Assembly: GCA_003990765.1 (NCBI GenBank)
Contig: RBNJ01000014.1
Location: forward strand, 1-64,000
Direction of reading: 5' to 3'
Length of the DNA stretch: 64,000 nt
Source: Jimgerdemannia flammicorona
Lineage: Eukaryota
Shown here in pieces: positions 22,900-37,290 of this stretch (positions are counted from its first letter, which is position 1; each line of letters begins with the position of its first letter). Both the position numbers and the translations under genes were made by a program. The notes beneath the pieces were generated by a model that worked only from the letters and a program-made list of their open reading frames with translations, did no database searches and was not told where the DNA came from.

Positions 22900-25008
22900 T
22901 AGTCTCTATTAGTATAGAGTTGCTCATAAGTTCTATTTCTTATATATATAAGTCAAACTTTACTTTGAGAAGGGCTTTAGTTAATAAATCCACTAGTGCT
23001 TCAAATGAGTCAATTTAATCTGAGTTGGATTCAGATTGGATTTATATTGAATTCCATCTGAATCAACTTGGATGGATCTAGATCAATTGAAATTAACTAT
23101 TATTTTGATTTCCAATTAGACAATTAAATGTTTACATCAATAACTCAATAAATAATCATCCAATTTTGATAATCTGAATGTCATTTGAAAGCTGTTAATA
23201 AGGCCTTTCTAATGATATCAAGAACATTAAAATCAGATCATGTATTGCTGAGCTATTAAGGAAAATGTTCTTTTGAAGAAATTTCCAAAATCAGCAAGTT
23301 AAATAATTTCAAAAATTGGTAAGTCAGATATTTTTCTTGATAACTCAGCAATGCATAATCCAATTTTAATATTCTTGGTATCATTAGAAGGGCCTTATTA
23401 AGGGTCTTCAAATGACATCAAGATCATCAAAATTGGATGATTATTCATTGAGTTATTGATGTAAATATTTAATTGTCTAATTTGGAAATCAAAACAATAG
23501 TTGATCTGGATCAACTCATTTTTCCATCTGAGTTGATCCAGATGTAATTTGAATCTGATCCAGATCAGCTTATTCAGAGTACTTGAATCTACTATCATAT
23601 ACTCTATTAGAATATATTTGAGATATATAGTACTGTTTTCTATACATTTATTTATAAAATAATACTATATATCAATGTACTTCATTTTAGTATGATGTAT
23701 AGAGTTCTTTGCCATAGTAATTGTAGATTGATTGTCTTGTTGGAGTAGTGTAGAGTAATATTCTTAAGAAAATCCCAAATTCTTTAGCTATATAGTCTTC
23801 TTTATTATTATAGATAATACTTAATACTCTACTTATATAGAGGATATCACTACTGAAGATTGCTTATATATTTGTCATGAAATAACTTTATTTTTACTAA
23901 TTTTAAAGAGGTACATATCTGATTGTAGAGTACCAATTATTGAGATCTCTGACCTAGTCTATATTATATATACTAAATAGTCTTATATACTCCCACTTGA
24001 CTATTGTTGCTTAAATATAGTATATAGTATACTATATCTTTAATATATCTGAGAATACACTTAATTATCATCTAATGTAAATTATTATAGTAGAATGAGT
24101 ACTGTATCACTTTGTTGACTATATATAATTTATCAGATCTTATCCTAAGCATAAGATATATAAGAGATCTCACAGCTTATCAATAGGAGATGTCATTGTC
24201 TTCAGATATATTAGACTTCCTTAGCCTTACTGATATCTCTATAGGGGTTCTGATAGGCTTGTATTTACTCATATCAAATTGTTCAAGTATAGTTCAAATA
24301 TATATAGCTTATAATAGATATATAGTATATTTGTATCTATTATATATAGTATATTTGTATCTATTATATATAATCAATATTTCAAGAAGATAGAATTTAT
24401 TATCCATATCTATCATCTTGAATTCTTAGTATAGTGTCATCTTTATATCATTAATTTCACTTACTGTCCCAACTAGAATGATATCATCAACTCAAATTTC
24501 TAGGTATACTATTCCTGAAGATATATGCTGAGTATATATATATAAGTCAGCTTTGCAATACTTAAATTCATTATCTAAGAGATATTTGTCAATTTTTTAA
24601 TTTCATAGCCTTACTACTTGTTTGATACTATAGAGATCATTACATAATTTATATATAAGCTCATTTCTATCATTATATAGTTTATATCCTTATAGTTAAT
24701 AGATATATAGTTCTGTATCTATAATACTATTCAAAAAGGCTGTCTTAATATCTATATAGTAGATTTTATAATCATATTTGGCTGTAATCATAAGAAGTAT
24801 TCTAAGTGAAGTAAGCTTGAATATTAGGAAAAAGGTTTTGTTATAGTCTATACTATATTCTTGTAAATACTCCTTTAGTACAAATTTGGCCTTATATTGC
24901 CCTATATCACCATTGCTATTATATTTAATTTTATATATCCAGTGAGATTCTATTACTCATCAATTCATCAGAAGAGAGATCAGATCCACTCTTTCTCTAG
25001 TACCACTC
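22900..25008 (-). mobile_element. Ty1/copia RT-RNase H remnant, heavily mutated
   Basis: HWIYKIKYNSNGDIGQYKAKFV..IDYNKTF, IDIKTAFLN, KQSSVVISS, DNQSTI, KMKYIDI, MIVDLLTK correspond to copia RT/RH motifs. Confidence 0.85.
22994..23584. mobile_element. Foldback MITE (hAT-type ends) inserted in the copia RNase H
   Basis: TAGTGC left end, degenerate 8-bp TSD AAATCCAC/GAATCTAC, near whole-length palindrome. Removing it restores EYMIVDLLTK. Confidence 0.8.
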
Positions 25009-25145
25009 AGATTATACAAATTTCTAATAATACTTTTAGCACAACTTTTGGAGAAAAGATGATAGCAACATAGAGACCAATGATCATTCTGAGATATATG
25101 CTGAGCAGAGTGGCCCTAGTGCATTCAACTGGCAGTATATGAGAT

Positions 25146-25245
25146 TAGTGCTCTCAATGAATTAAATTAAAGATTCAATTGAATTTGAAATTCAATTTGA
25201 ACCCTCAATTTAATTCAAATTGATTTGATTCATTTGGGAGCACTA
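25146..25245. mobile_element. 100-bp hAT-type MITE
   Basis: TIR TAGTGCTC...GAGCACTA, 8-bp TSD TATGAGAT/TGTGAGAT. Confidence 0.9.
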
Positions 25246-25614
25246 TGTGAGATAGAGCTATGGCTTGGAGGGGAGTCCGTGGAGCTCTCTTACTGGTAGG
25301 TATTGAGGGGAAAGTAGCAGAGAGATGGGGAAGGTGAGCTTTGCTGACAAGGTCAAGGTGGAGTATCTGTTGACAGATCTAGAAGATTGGCTATAGGGAG
25401 ATAAGAAGGAGAGGGCAGTGGGCCTTGAGGAAGTGGCCCCTGGGAGTAGTAGTAGTGGGACTAGGAGAGTAGCAGCTGAGGGAGAGAGAATGTTAATTTT
25501 TTTTTTTTTTTTTTATAATTACTCAGACTTTACCATTTATTATCAGTCTAATGATATAGTTATAGTATCTCCTCCTACTACCCAATCCCCATAGGGGAGC
25601 CCCTCCCCCATACT

Positions 25615-28600
25615 TTTATATTTGAAGACTACTTTACCACCCACTACCCCAATCCTCTCTCCACTTTATCCACAGATTTTCTCCACCAAGTAATGCCTCT
25701 ATCCACCCTGCCAAGCTACCAGCCTATCATAATATCCTCCATCAGCCCTTGCTATCACAATAGCCACACCCCCAAACCCAGACTCCTCTCTTCCTTGAAA
25801 ACAAATAACCAGTAATCTGCCAGCCCCACTCAAACTGCTAATACCCAACCTAAAGTAAGTCACTCCTTTCCCACCCCCTCCACCAATCTATCCCTCAAAT
25901 CCTCCCACCAATCCCACTCACCATCCCCCCCTATACACAATATCTAATTGATCCCCAACTGCTAGCCAAAATCACTAAGTACCTTACACTCTCCTAGCTA
26001 ATATTCTGATATCTATATAAATCTCCCTTCCTGTTCTATATTGTGGCACTCCTCACAGTCAAAGCTTTCCTCCTCAATAAGGTATCCCAAGCAGAAGTTG
26101 AGCATGACATTTCTCTATAGTATACACCACCAGACCACTCAGTACTTCAGCAGCAGCTACTGCCTTATCTCAGCACTCTAAGCCCAAACCCCATTCCAGT
26201 CCCACTCCTCTCCAATACCTACCAACTGTCATCCACTGGGCCATAGGTCCTGTCCTGGCCCCCTCTGGTACTCAACCCCATTGCTAATATCAAAATCAAC
26301 TAGGAGAATACCCCCCAGCAACACTCAGTCCCATCTTCACATCACTGGGTCCTAGGACACCTTCTCTTCATTTTCTTGACAGTGAATTCCAATGCAGTGT
26401 ACCCCATCTGCTACCCCTCACCAGAAGTCTTATACTACATGTGCCTATTGTTCTGAAGCCCAACCAAGGATAGTATATCTCCTGTAAAGCCTCTTAGTAA
26501 GGACCTCATCTCCCAGACCTTCTGTATCAGAAGAACTCTCTCAACTCCACTACTCTCTTCAGCCACCATACTCTCAGGTAGTACAGCCTCTTTGGGAAAT
26601 CAACCAGCCCAAGGCCCCCTCTAGCCACTAGTAAAGACAAGACCTCTCAGCTGATATGATATCTTCTCCCAGGCCAGATCCACCCCTTGGTCAGTTTCAT
26701 CAGTCTCTTTACCACTCAGGCCAGGAAGTCCAGGTGATAAGCCAGTAGATATTCAAAATCAAAACATGCTCTGCCAGAGACAGGTGGTATCCTCCCCAAC
26801 TCTGCAGGGCCTCTCTCCAGATTACAACCCTCTGCTCCGACCAAGGTCTTAGTAGGACTGACCTATATACCAATAGATAGATATCCAAGTACCACACCAC
26901 CTCTCTAGCAGGGACAATTGTTCCAATGATATCTCCTCCTATTAGACTATTATCTAATACTATTGTTTCATACTTGTGCCAATTGAGTTTAGCCCCAGAG
27001 TACATCTCATACCACTCCACAGTCTTCTTGAGCTCCTCAACATCAGCAATCAATCCCAGGCCAACCATTATGTCATCTGCAAAGGCTCCAACTTTCAACC
27101 CAATTCCAAAAACTGAAAGCCTGACTATCTTCTGCCTAATCCTATCTATCAAAGGTTCTAGGGAAAGAGTATACAGAATGGGGGACAGTGAATCCCCCTG
27201 TGGCACACCTCTACCCAGAGGGAATGCTACCCCTCTATGTCTATTATATATGAGTACAGCTCTACTCTCTTCTAGTAGACTGATCATTGCCAACCAGAAC
27301 TGATGAGGTACACCAATCCTATCCAATACCTTTGCCAACCAGATTCACCAAACTCAGTCATATGCCTTCTTCTGATCTAGGAAGACCAGTCACCCATCTA
27401 GTCTACAGACTCATACCCCTTTAATAACTCCATTTACTCAAGCTGTATTATCTCTAATGAGCTGGCCTCCTACAAAGCTCTGCTGCTCCACACCCAAGAC
27501 TTGCTGGGCCACCTTTTGCAGCCTTGTAACCATCATCTTAAACTTTCTGTCTATATTCAGCAGCATAATTGATTGCCAGTTCTTCCAGTTCTCTCTTCTT
27601 CTCTTGTTCTTATAAAGTAGTACCACTAGCCCCAAATCCTGCCCCCCCACCCATCTCTCTGACTGTAGTATCAAATCACACAGTGTCATCAGCTCTCCCA
27701 GTACTCCAGAGACTCTTGCCATCTTCTTCCAGAAGTTCCAGGACAGACCAACCTCTCTTGGTACCATGCCCAGCATAGTTGTAACAAGAACCTGGCAGAT
27801 CTCCTCCTCCTGTACTGGCATCACCAAGCCACCCAGTTCTTCTGCTTGTAGTGGGTGCCAATTCTCCAAAGTATGGTCAATGATGGCAGTATCAGCCCCA
27901 CCCTCCTCCTCATGCTATAAACTACTCCATCTCTTCTTTAATGATCTGAGAATGTCTTGTATACCATGCACCAGCAGACTATCAGAATTTAGTACCCCCT
28001 CTCACCTCTGCTATACTCTCCTCACCTAAAAGGCCCTTGTGAGATATTTAGAAGGCCTTTCCCCTTCCTCTAATCCCTGTCAATGTAACTGTGCTGCCAG
28101 ACTCTGCACCTATGCCTCCTCCTCTTCCCACAGCATCTGTTGTAATTCTCCAACCTCTATTTCCACCTGCATTAATCTCCAGTCCTCCTCCCCCTTCTGT
28201 GCCACCAGACCTGCCCAATCTTCTAGGAGTCTAGCTAGTCTAGCAGAAGCCCATCTCACTCTTTTCCTCCTCTGTCTTCTGGCCACCCTACTAGTCTCAC
28301 TCCAGTAGGCCCTAGCAGCCTCTTTCACTCTCATCCACCAGGTACTAATTGGAGCACCTTTCTGTATCCAGCCCTCTACCTTCTGCTGAATGTCCTCCAC
28401 CCACTAGTCCCACAGTACCTTATCATCTAACAAAGCAAAATTGAGGTGCCAATGTCCAGGTCTATCCTCACTCCCCCCAAAATGACCCTGCCCTAGCAGC
28501 CTCCAATGATCTGACCACAGACACCACTCTGCCTCCAGTGACTTCCAAACATCCAAACCCCAGCAACTTGCTGTCAGAATCCAGTCAATCCTCATTCTCA

Positions 28601-29185
28601 GACCATCTGCCCAATATATGTACACTCTTCTATTACCCCAGAACCCCCCACCCACATCTACTAGAGCACTTATCCTTTCCACTTCCTTCTATACCTCTAG
28701 CCCTCCACTCCTACCCTTAGCCTCTCACCCTCTGTTAGTTCTATCCACTAGCACATTCCTGACTATATTGAAGTCCCCACCAAGTATATCAACTCCAGCC
28801 TCTGTGAGGGCCCCACTCTCCTGGAGACTCTTCACCCAGTCTATTTACTTACTCTATATAGCAGGGCAGTAGCAGGAACCCACTGTAACCAGCTCCTAAC
28901 CTATTTATATCTATTCTTCCCAAACCAGCCTGTCTCTCTAGCTCCTCACATTTTGTATCTCTCCTCTGTCTCTCTGAACCAGAATCCCAATCTTGTCCTT
29001 CCAAACTACCTCACCTCTCCATTCTTTCATCCATTCCAGTCTATTTAAATCATCCTCACATCTGACATCCTGCAATAGAAAGAGATTGGCCTCCAATCCC
29101 TTCAGCCAAGTAAAAATGTTCCAATGCTAAAAGAACCCCATAACCTATTCACATTCAAAGAAAAAATGTTAGTTGTACTGTTTAT
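25615..29185 (-). pseudogene. LINE B ORF2 (APE-RT-Cys)
   Basis: RIDWIL, WSDHW, ENWKNWQSIMLLNIDRK, GVPQGDSLSPILY, FADD. Confidence 0.92.
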
Positions 29186-29216
29186 AAGAAAAATTGTGAG
29201 ATATTAAGTACATCCT

Positions 29217-31222
29217 CTACTGCTCCATATTCATTACCTCCTGTACCATATCTAGATTGTGTTCAGCAGACACTTCCTCCTCTTCAGCCCTTTTAGCCTC
29301 CAATCCAACCAGTAGCTCAGTCAACTTCCCATCCTCCTTTTCCTCAAAATCTTCATGATACTCCAGGCAGACCTTCTGCCAGAGCTGCAATCCATAATGC
29401 TCAGCCCAACAGTAGGCAGCCTGCTCACCAGTAGCAACTGCCAACTCAGCCTCCCTTTTCTTATCAATCTCATACCCTTCCTTCTCTAAGTATACTACAA
29501 GTATTTCTGCCTTCAGTGCCTTCACCACTCCATTGCTATGCAGGATCTATGTTTAATACTCATCACTCATCACTCTTAGGTCCACTTCTCCCAACTCTTC
29601 AGCCACCAAGTTATTCATTATCTGGTACATCCATGGTAGGTTCCCCACCTCCTTCCTCCCTGGAGTTGCTGGCCTTTCTCTATTCAGCATTAAGATATTG
29701 GCCCCTATACTCACAGACTCATCCCACTCCTCCTCTGGGATATCCACCAATTCCTCTTTACCAGCTGCTATCACCAGTTCCCTCTTAGCTACTTCAGGAA
29801 CTCTGAAGTGCACTTGCTGGGCACTGTGTATTGGCACATCCTCTGCCACCCAGCCTCTTATAGCTGGTCTATACCTAATAAGAGGAGGAGGATTATTCTT
29901 CCAGACTTCAAACATACTATCCTTATAGGGATTCTTGCTCAGCACCTTCCTGGCCTCCTCCAGACCCACCTCCACATTCTCTCCACTTCTGCTGGCCCAG
30001 ACACTTACCTTGGTACCTCACTACTATCAGCCTTCCTCTTCACCTCTCTCTCAATTTTTACCAGCAACTCTCTTTGCCTCCTGCATCCTTGGGACCTCTC
30101 CCACAGCCCCTTATCGACACAGACACACTTTCCATCAATAATCTCCAAGTATATCGACTCCACAAATGCCTTCCAAGCCTTCACCCTCCACTCTACTGCA
30201 CCATTCAACTCCTTCAGTACCTCCAACAAGTCCTCTTCCTCCTCCTCACTCCCCTTCACTCTCATCACCTTATATATGAAGGCTCTCCACACCATTACTA
30301 AAGGCCAGTCCCTAGCCTTCCCAGTAGCCTCTCTTCCTGCCAACTGAATCTGAACATCCATATCTCCTGTCTGAAAGGAAGTTCCTTCCTACACCCTGAA
30401 CCCTATATTGATCACCTCTCCATACTCAGTCATAAATTCCTCTACTCTCCTTCTCATCTCTACTGTAGTCACTGTAGGAACCCCTTTCACCAAGAGCTGC
30501 ACCACTCTGGAATCTCACCTCAGGCAGTGCACTATTAGTATACATACCTCCCCAACTATCAATCCAGCCTTCAATGTATCCTCTAATGACCCAGCCTCCT
30601 CAAAGCCTGCCTCTATCCCTTCTAGGCCCCTTAGGAACTTAATAGATACCATGCTATCCATCTGCTCTGCAATCAGCCCTAGGACCATTTTTGCTGTCAC
30701 CATAAAGCCCCAGAAGTACAAAGTAACCACAAACTCTGAAATCAACTTCTTGAGTAATGAGGCCACCACCAGTTCTATTACACCATCAGCTAGGTCACTA
30801 GGCCTCATGTTCTTCTCACAACTCAGTTCATCATCAGTAGTCCTATCTAGATTTTTTTTCAGATTACCCATCACTCTTCCATTAGCAGTCATCTCCTCAG
30901 CCACTACACTGCCAGCCCCCCTACTCTGTCTACCCAGAGAGACTCTCCCCAGCTGCTGCTGCCCCACATTCTTTACCACCTCCTTGTCCCTCCTCAGCCA
31001 GCCCTCCAGTCTAGTTGCTGGCTGTCTCCCCTTCACCTTATCTGTGAAGCTTGTCCTCCTGATCTCCTGCCCTCTAATACTGCTCCTATCTCTTCTATGT
31101 CTGCCTACCAGCAAGTCTCTCATGCTTTCCCCCAAGCCTGGGCCCCTCCCCATATGCTGCCAATCAAATGCACTTGGGCCTCCCTGTTCAGTATATACCT
31201 CAGAATGCTTGTCGCTCACCAT
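29217..31222 (-). pseudogene. LINE B ORF1
   Basis: ORFs 30515-31222, 30005-30361, 29553-29975 and 29217-29528 are collinear with LINE A ORF1. Confidence 0.85.
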
Positions 31223-34200
31223 GTTACTAGTATTATTTCTCCAAAAACTGTGTCATGAGTATTGTCAGAAGATTGTATAACCTGAATGTTACCAGAGAAA
31301 GATGCTTATATCTTGAGGAGAACTACTAATGGAAGGAGACTGCTAATCTGAAAAAAAAATCCAGATATGATAACTGATAGTAGAGCTAAGCAGGGGGGGG
31401 GATACAAAGCCAGAAGATCTGACTGATGGTATAATGGGCTTGGTGACAGTACTATTACATAAGAAATCAGTGTCCAAATTCACCATTACATTATACTTCT
31501 GGGGCTTGGCAGTTATAGTAAAAATAGTTCTGAGGCTTCTGGCCCAAGAGGTGAAAGAAGCAGCTTGTGAAGTTCTTGAAGAGGCTGGAAGAGATTGAGA
31601 TGGGTTTTGAAGAGAAGGATCTGATGCTGAGAGTATTGGAGAAAAGAGTTGAGATAGAGAGAGTAGCAATTCCTATAGCTCAGTGCTTGTACTGGAACTC
31701 TTAGGTAGTGTAGCTAGTGGTGGCAAATATATTCATAGTGAAGAAGAAGAAGGTCAGAGGACTGATTGTGGATGTTATCAAGAAGTATAGTGATATAGTA
31801 GATGTTGGATTCTGGGTCTGAGAGAGTATAGAGTTCCGAATCAGAGATGTGGATATCAGGGCAAGGCTGGTAGACAAGGAGAATACTGGGAAAGAAAGAG
31901 ATTGACCAGTAGCACTTAAGTGGGAACTAGGCAAGTACAAGGTCTCTAGGGTAAAGAGGATACCAGAGGAGGAGGAGGACTTGCTGGAGGCTTTAGAGGA
32001 TCTGCCCAGAACTATTGAGAAGAGAAGGTTGACCTGAAAGGAGTTTGAGACTAAGACAGTAGTGGAGATTGTGAATGGTAAGAGAGTGCAACTGGATCAG
32101 ACTATCTGGGAGAGGGTATAAGAGAGGTAGCATCAGAAAGATTGTTGGTGAAATTGGAAGAAAGAGTAGAGAGAGAGAAGACCACTGAAGTAGATGAATT
32201 GAGGGCTAGTACTTGGACAGAAGAGAAGAGAGTGGTGTTGAAGGGGACTCTGAGAGAAGGTGGAGACTTAGAGCAAAGCACAGTGACTGAGAATGAGGTG
32301 ATAGTAGAGGAGACTCAAGTTCAGTATAACATGCCTACAGGGGGAGATAGTTCTGATAAGTCACAGGATATACTGAAGAAGAACTGGGATGAGTTAGTGA
32401 GGATGAATGCAGATAGTAGCCAGGGGGTTGGAGGGCAGAAAGTGGCCTAGAGAGTAGATAAGACTATAGGAGATGAGTGATAGTTATGGAAAGCACTGAT
32501 GAATATTACAGCTAATGAGCTAGGGAAGGTAGATTTCATATGATTGATGAGAGACTCTGGAGTGATATTATATAAGAAGAAGAGGTGGTGTAGAAACTCC
32601 AGAATGAGCTAATAGCAGCTCTACTGGAGGCTGAGGAGTATGAGGTAGATGACAACAGAGAGGCAGCACTCCTGGCAATTGCAAATAACCATGCATCCTA
32701 TCTGTGGGGTCCTAGAAAGAAGTTGGAAAAGTGGCAGATAGTATGTAAGGAGTATCAGTCTAACATAGAGGCAGTGGATGGTGAGGACTGTTAGGAGATC
32801 TTAAAAGTATTGGACTCAGCAGAGAGAGACAGACAAACTTGAGGCCAAAAGAAATCTGGATATTGCTAATGATATGGTGAGCATGGAATTGTAGAGTGGG
32901 GGATAGCTCTCAAAAAACATTATTCAATATAAATAGTATAACTAGAATCTTCTCTTTGAATATCAATGAGTTATAAGGAGCAGTGAGATATCAGAATATT
33001 TTCTACTAGTTGAAGAGGCTGGATGCTAATCTTTTCTTGCTATAGGATATTAGATATAATGGGAACTTAGATATACTAAACTGGATAAGAGAATAGGGAG
33101 GTGTGGCCATATGGCAGAATCAGGTGGGTATTTTGATTTAGAAGAGTAAGGGGGATATTGGGGATATGAGGATTAGCCATTCTTATCTAGAACAAGGGCT
33201 CTCATTGTTGCAGCTAGAGGTTTGAACCTCTTGGAAATAAATTTTTCTATAATTTGAGACAATTTCTAGTAACAATATCTTGGCTTAAGAATAGTTCCAA
33301 TATTGTTGGCTTTTTGAGTTCTAAAGGAAGCATCTATTATTCTTTAATAGAGATAATATAGATAGAGTGAAAGGAGTTATTCAAATACATTTTACTTCTA
33401 CTAAGTAGTAAGATCTAATACAGTTACAGTATATCTTAATCTTGAGTATAATTCTATCCAAGATCTTGAGTTAGTAGGTATAATTTGTAAATCCCTGATA
33501 TATAAGATAGAGTTCTTCTTATTTTGGTTCATATACTAAGACTTATTATCTAATAAACAGGAGTTCAAGATCAGCTTTGTCATCATAGTACTTCTTTTGT
33601 TATTTTTATACCTTAGTAATAAATTCTTATACTTGTTGATATACTTCATATAACTGGATAATCTCTTCAGTGGCTTGTTTTGCCAAATTCAGCTAGATTG
33701 GTTCAGTAGGGTCTTGTGCTTCTTGGCTATATATCAAATAGAAAGGGGTCTGTTGGATAGCAGATATCTTTGAAGTACCAATACTGAATAGGATTGTTGG
33801 AAGATAAATGTCTCAGTTTAATTGATCTCTAGTTTTGCTGAGGCCTTACTTGATAGTCTGATTCATTTATTTGGTAAGCTCATTTACTTGTAGGTGATAA
33901 GCTATTATCAGTTACAGTTTGATCTTAAAGTTGCTAGCAAAAGTCTTTATAGCTTTGTTGACAAATTCTCAGCCTTGGTCTATTATTATTTTCTCAAGAA
34001 TACTATAGCAGCTAAAAATTTTATCATATAGAATTTTATAATTGCTTGAGCATTAGTAGACTCAATAGTAAAGACTTTAGGCTATTTAGTCAGATGATCT
34101 TCAATGGTGAGGATATAGCATCTTCCTTGACTAGTTACTGATAGAGAACTAATAATGTCTATTTCTAGTCTTTAAAAGACTCTAGCTGGTACTGTAATTA

Positions 34201-35870
34201 GCAATAGTAGTGCTTTATTAGTTGGCTTCTATCAGTATCTTTGACAGATATCATATTGTTAAATATATGTCAAAATTCACTCCCCTATTTTTGGCTACCA
34301 GTATCTCTTCTTAATCCTTATAATAATGACTCTAATTCCTCAGTATATATTCTGATCATAGTGAGTTATAAGTATCTTCAGTATTTTATCTTCTTATGGA
34401 ATCAATCTCCTTCTACTCTCCAAAGTTTACTATTGTCTTTTTGAAATTTCTTAAAATTCCTTTAGATAAACAACTTATGAGTTAGCTAAATTCCCTTTTT
34501 GAAGCTCCTGCAGTGCAGGCTCCAGATGAGGGTGAGGTACAGTTTTTGGTTTATTTGGGAAAGTGGGAAGCAGCTTTCTCTCATAGAGACTCCTTTCCTT
34601 CTCATTGAGTTTGTAGGATTCTTGATAGGATATCAATATTGAAATTCTTACCACTTTTTTTATAGATAATAGTGAACTGATATTTTTGCAGAGATATGAT
34701 CTATCTGGCAAAGATTCCTCAGGGCATCAGTTTGTTGAATAACTATTATAGAGCTTGATGGTCAGTAATAAGGATAAATCTCTTCCCCAAAAGGTAATGT
34801 CTGAAGTAGTCTACAGCCCATACTACTAGAAGACATTTTAGCTTAATAGCTCCATAGTTTGCTTATATCTTATTGATGGCCTGGCTAGTATACTTAATGA
34901 TATATCCCTTCTTCTAGTTACTTGTTAAGATATAATTTGTCCAAGTCTAAGAGCAGAGTCATTGGTTGCCAAGATAAATAGTTTGTCAAAGTCTGGTTAT
35001 ACTAAGATAGGGGGTTTGGTAAGAGTCTTCTTATTAGGTCAAATGACTTCTGCTGCTCTTCCTTTTAGTAGATTAGTTAGTCTTTCTTGAAGATATTATA
35101 TAGTGAGACTGTCTTATCTGAAAATCTTAGAATGAATTGCAGATAGTAAGATACTAATATAAGGAAAGATAGAACTTTCTTTACAGAGATAAGAGTTGAC
35201 TTTCTCTATCTTATATGGGTCAGTATGAGTTCCTTGGACTGAAACTACATATTTCAGATATTTTACTTAGTGTTTTCTAAAGAAGCATTTCTTGATATTG
35301 AGTCTGAGTTCTAAGTTTCAGATGGTATCAAATACTTTACAGAGGTCTTGCAGATATTGTTCAAATGTCTCAGAGTAGATAATTATATTATCAATATATA
35401 CTAGTATGTTTTTTTCAATGAGGTTCTGATAGTCATAGTTCATCATTTACTAAAATAAGGCTGGTGCATTGCAGAGTCCAAATGGTATTTGAAGGTATTT
35501 ATACTATTCTTGTTTAGTGATAAAGACTGTCTTGCAGATATTATTCTTAATAATGAGTATTACTTAGAATCCTTGAAACTGATCAGTGATGATCATATAC
35601 TTGGCTTTGCTAAGGACATTGAGGAGATCATCAATTCTTAGTAGTGGGTAGATATCTTCTATAGTAATCTTATTAAGATTTCTAAAGTCTACAAATAGTC
35701 TCCATCCTCTTTTCTTTGGTACTATGATTGCTGGTGAAGTCCAATGGCTTGATGAGGGTCTGATAACTCTGTTTTATAGCATTTTATCTATATGTTGTTG
35801 TTCTAACTTAATCAAGTAGTATAGTGTTCAATAGGAGTATTATCAGATTGGTTTGGCATCTCCTATATAT

Positions 35871-37250
35871 TGTAATATGCCTGGCTCAATAGAGGTAAAT
35901 TACAAGATTGGAGGTTGATGTAGTTTGGCTTGAGCCCCCAGTTATTTTATTAAAAGCAACAAAATGTTCTGAGATTCCTAAGGTCCTTGGTGGTGTTTAG
36001 TGATATAATAGTCAAAGCTGGATTTCTGTAAGTGATTTTCTTATTGAGATGGTTCTCTGGATGTAGTAGTGATTTGTATATAAATGGATTTCCTTCTTAG
36101 GTCAATCTGGGATTAGTAGAATTTTGTGTATATTGTGACAATTTCTATGTATAATAGTCTAGCAATTTAGCAGTTCTCCTTCTTGGGTAGCGATCTCCAA
36201 AAGTATGTAATTTCTGTATGATGATCTCTGTATAGTATGAATGAATTCCTTATGTGGTGAGATCTGGGAATTGGTGGTTTCCTTATATGGTTTTGGTGGA
36301 TAACTTGGTTTGGTACAGATTCTTCTGAATCAGTGGTTTGGGAATAGAAGATAGTATGGATTCTCCTTACTGAGAATCGTACTGGTAGCAGGTTACTCAA
36401 TAACTCAGGCTTACTGGGAACAATGAATAACTCAGATATTATAGATAATTCTGATACATAACTTGGGTAACTCAGATGTTGTAGATTCTTCTAATAACTC
36501 AGGTAACTCAGATGTTGTGGATTCTTCCTGAATCAGTGGCTTCAACTGGAAATATGAACTGGTAACTTTGGGAAAGGGTCTCTTGGCAAAGTTATGTCAA
36601 AGACTGGCTTCATTTGTGCAAACAGATTCACTGTGAAGTTGCATCAGAAACTGGCTTGAGCAAGGCAGCTTTCTCTTAGGCTTTCTGGGAATATAAATAA
36701 CTTAGAAACAGTAGCTTATTCCTTAAGCAGTGGATTATTCAAATGGTGGCAAAGTTCTCCTTGAACTTGGCAGCAAACTTCAGGCTTATCTGGTAAGCAA
36801 ACCAAAAACGAAGTCATTCTTTATATCAGAAAGTGAACTGGAGTGGAGAAATAAGCTCACAATCTCCTAGCAGTAACTGTAGAGTTCCTCTCAAAGTGTG
36901 GTAGGCAGACTTGTCTTTTGCTTTGAATTTCAGACTGAGGTTTATTTACTCTTGTCTCTGGGGTATTTTATATAAGTTGGTTGCTATCTGGTTGCTATGT
37001 GGCTAACTATAGATTTGCTACTTATGGTAAGTTATGCAGGTCCAGCATAAGTGTGCAGATCCAGTATAGGTTTGCAGGTTCTGTACAGATATACCTTATC
37101 TGGTAGTCTGGCTATTTATACACTTTTCCACAGCAATGGTTGCTGTGTCTGGTTACTATGCTGTATGTTCATATTATCTGACTAAGTTACTAATTGTTCA
37201 TGTCATCTGGCTAAGATATGATTCAGGTGGTATGTTTTTGGTATATCACA
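35871..37250 (-). repeat. 3' LTR of element 2
   Basis: TGTAAT...TCACA; direct repeat of 44858-46237. Confidence 0.93.
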
Positions 37251-37290
37251 TCAGCCTCCACTAAAGGATGGTCTGTCCTCAGACTGTTCT

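Larger units (their letters stand above)
25496..31283 (-). mobile_element. LINE copy B, full length (~5.8 kb), L1/Tx1-like, inactive
   Basis: Poly(T) at 25497-25515, TSD GAATGTTA (25488-25495 and 31284-31291), ORF1 and ORF2 on the minus strand. Confidence 0.95.
25009..33192 (+). mobile_element. LINE copy C (5' UTR, ORF1, start of ORF2), interrupted by a MITE and LINE B, 3' truncated
   Basis: 5' end matches the LINE B 5' end (TTATACAA..TTCT.A.AATAC); EQSGPSAFNWQ; ORF1 resumes at 31292; the APE start (RIFSLNIN) is near 32930. Confidence 0.85.

Noticed and set aside
30408-31280. 290-aa plus-strand ORF and similar Ser/Leu/Pro-rich ORFs (e.g. 1034-1633, 12742-13182)
   Set aside because: Antisense shadows of purine-rich TE coding strands.
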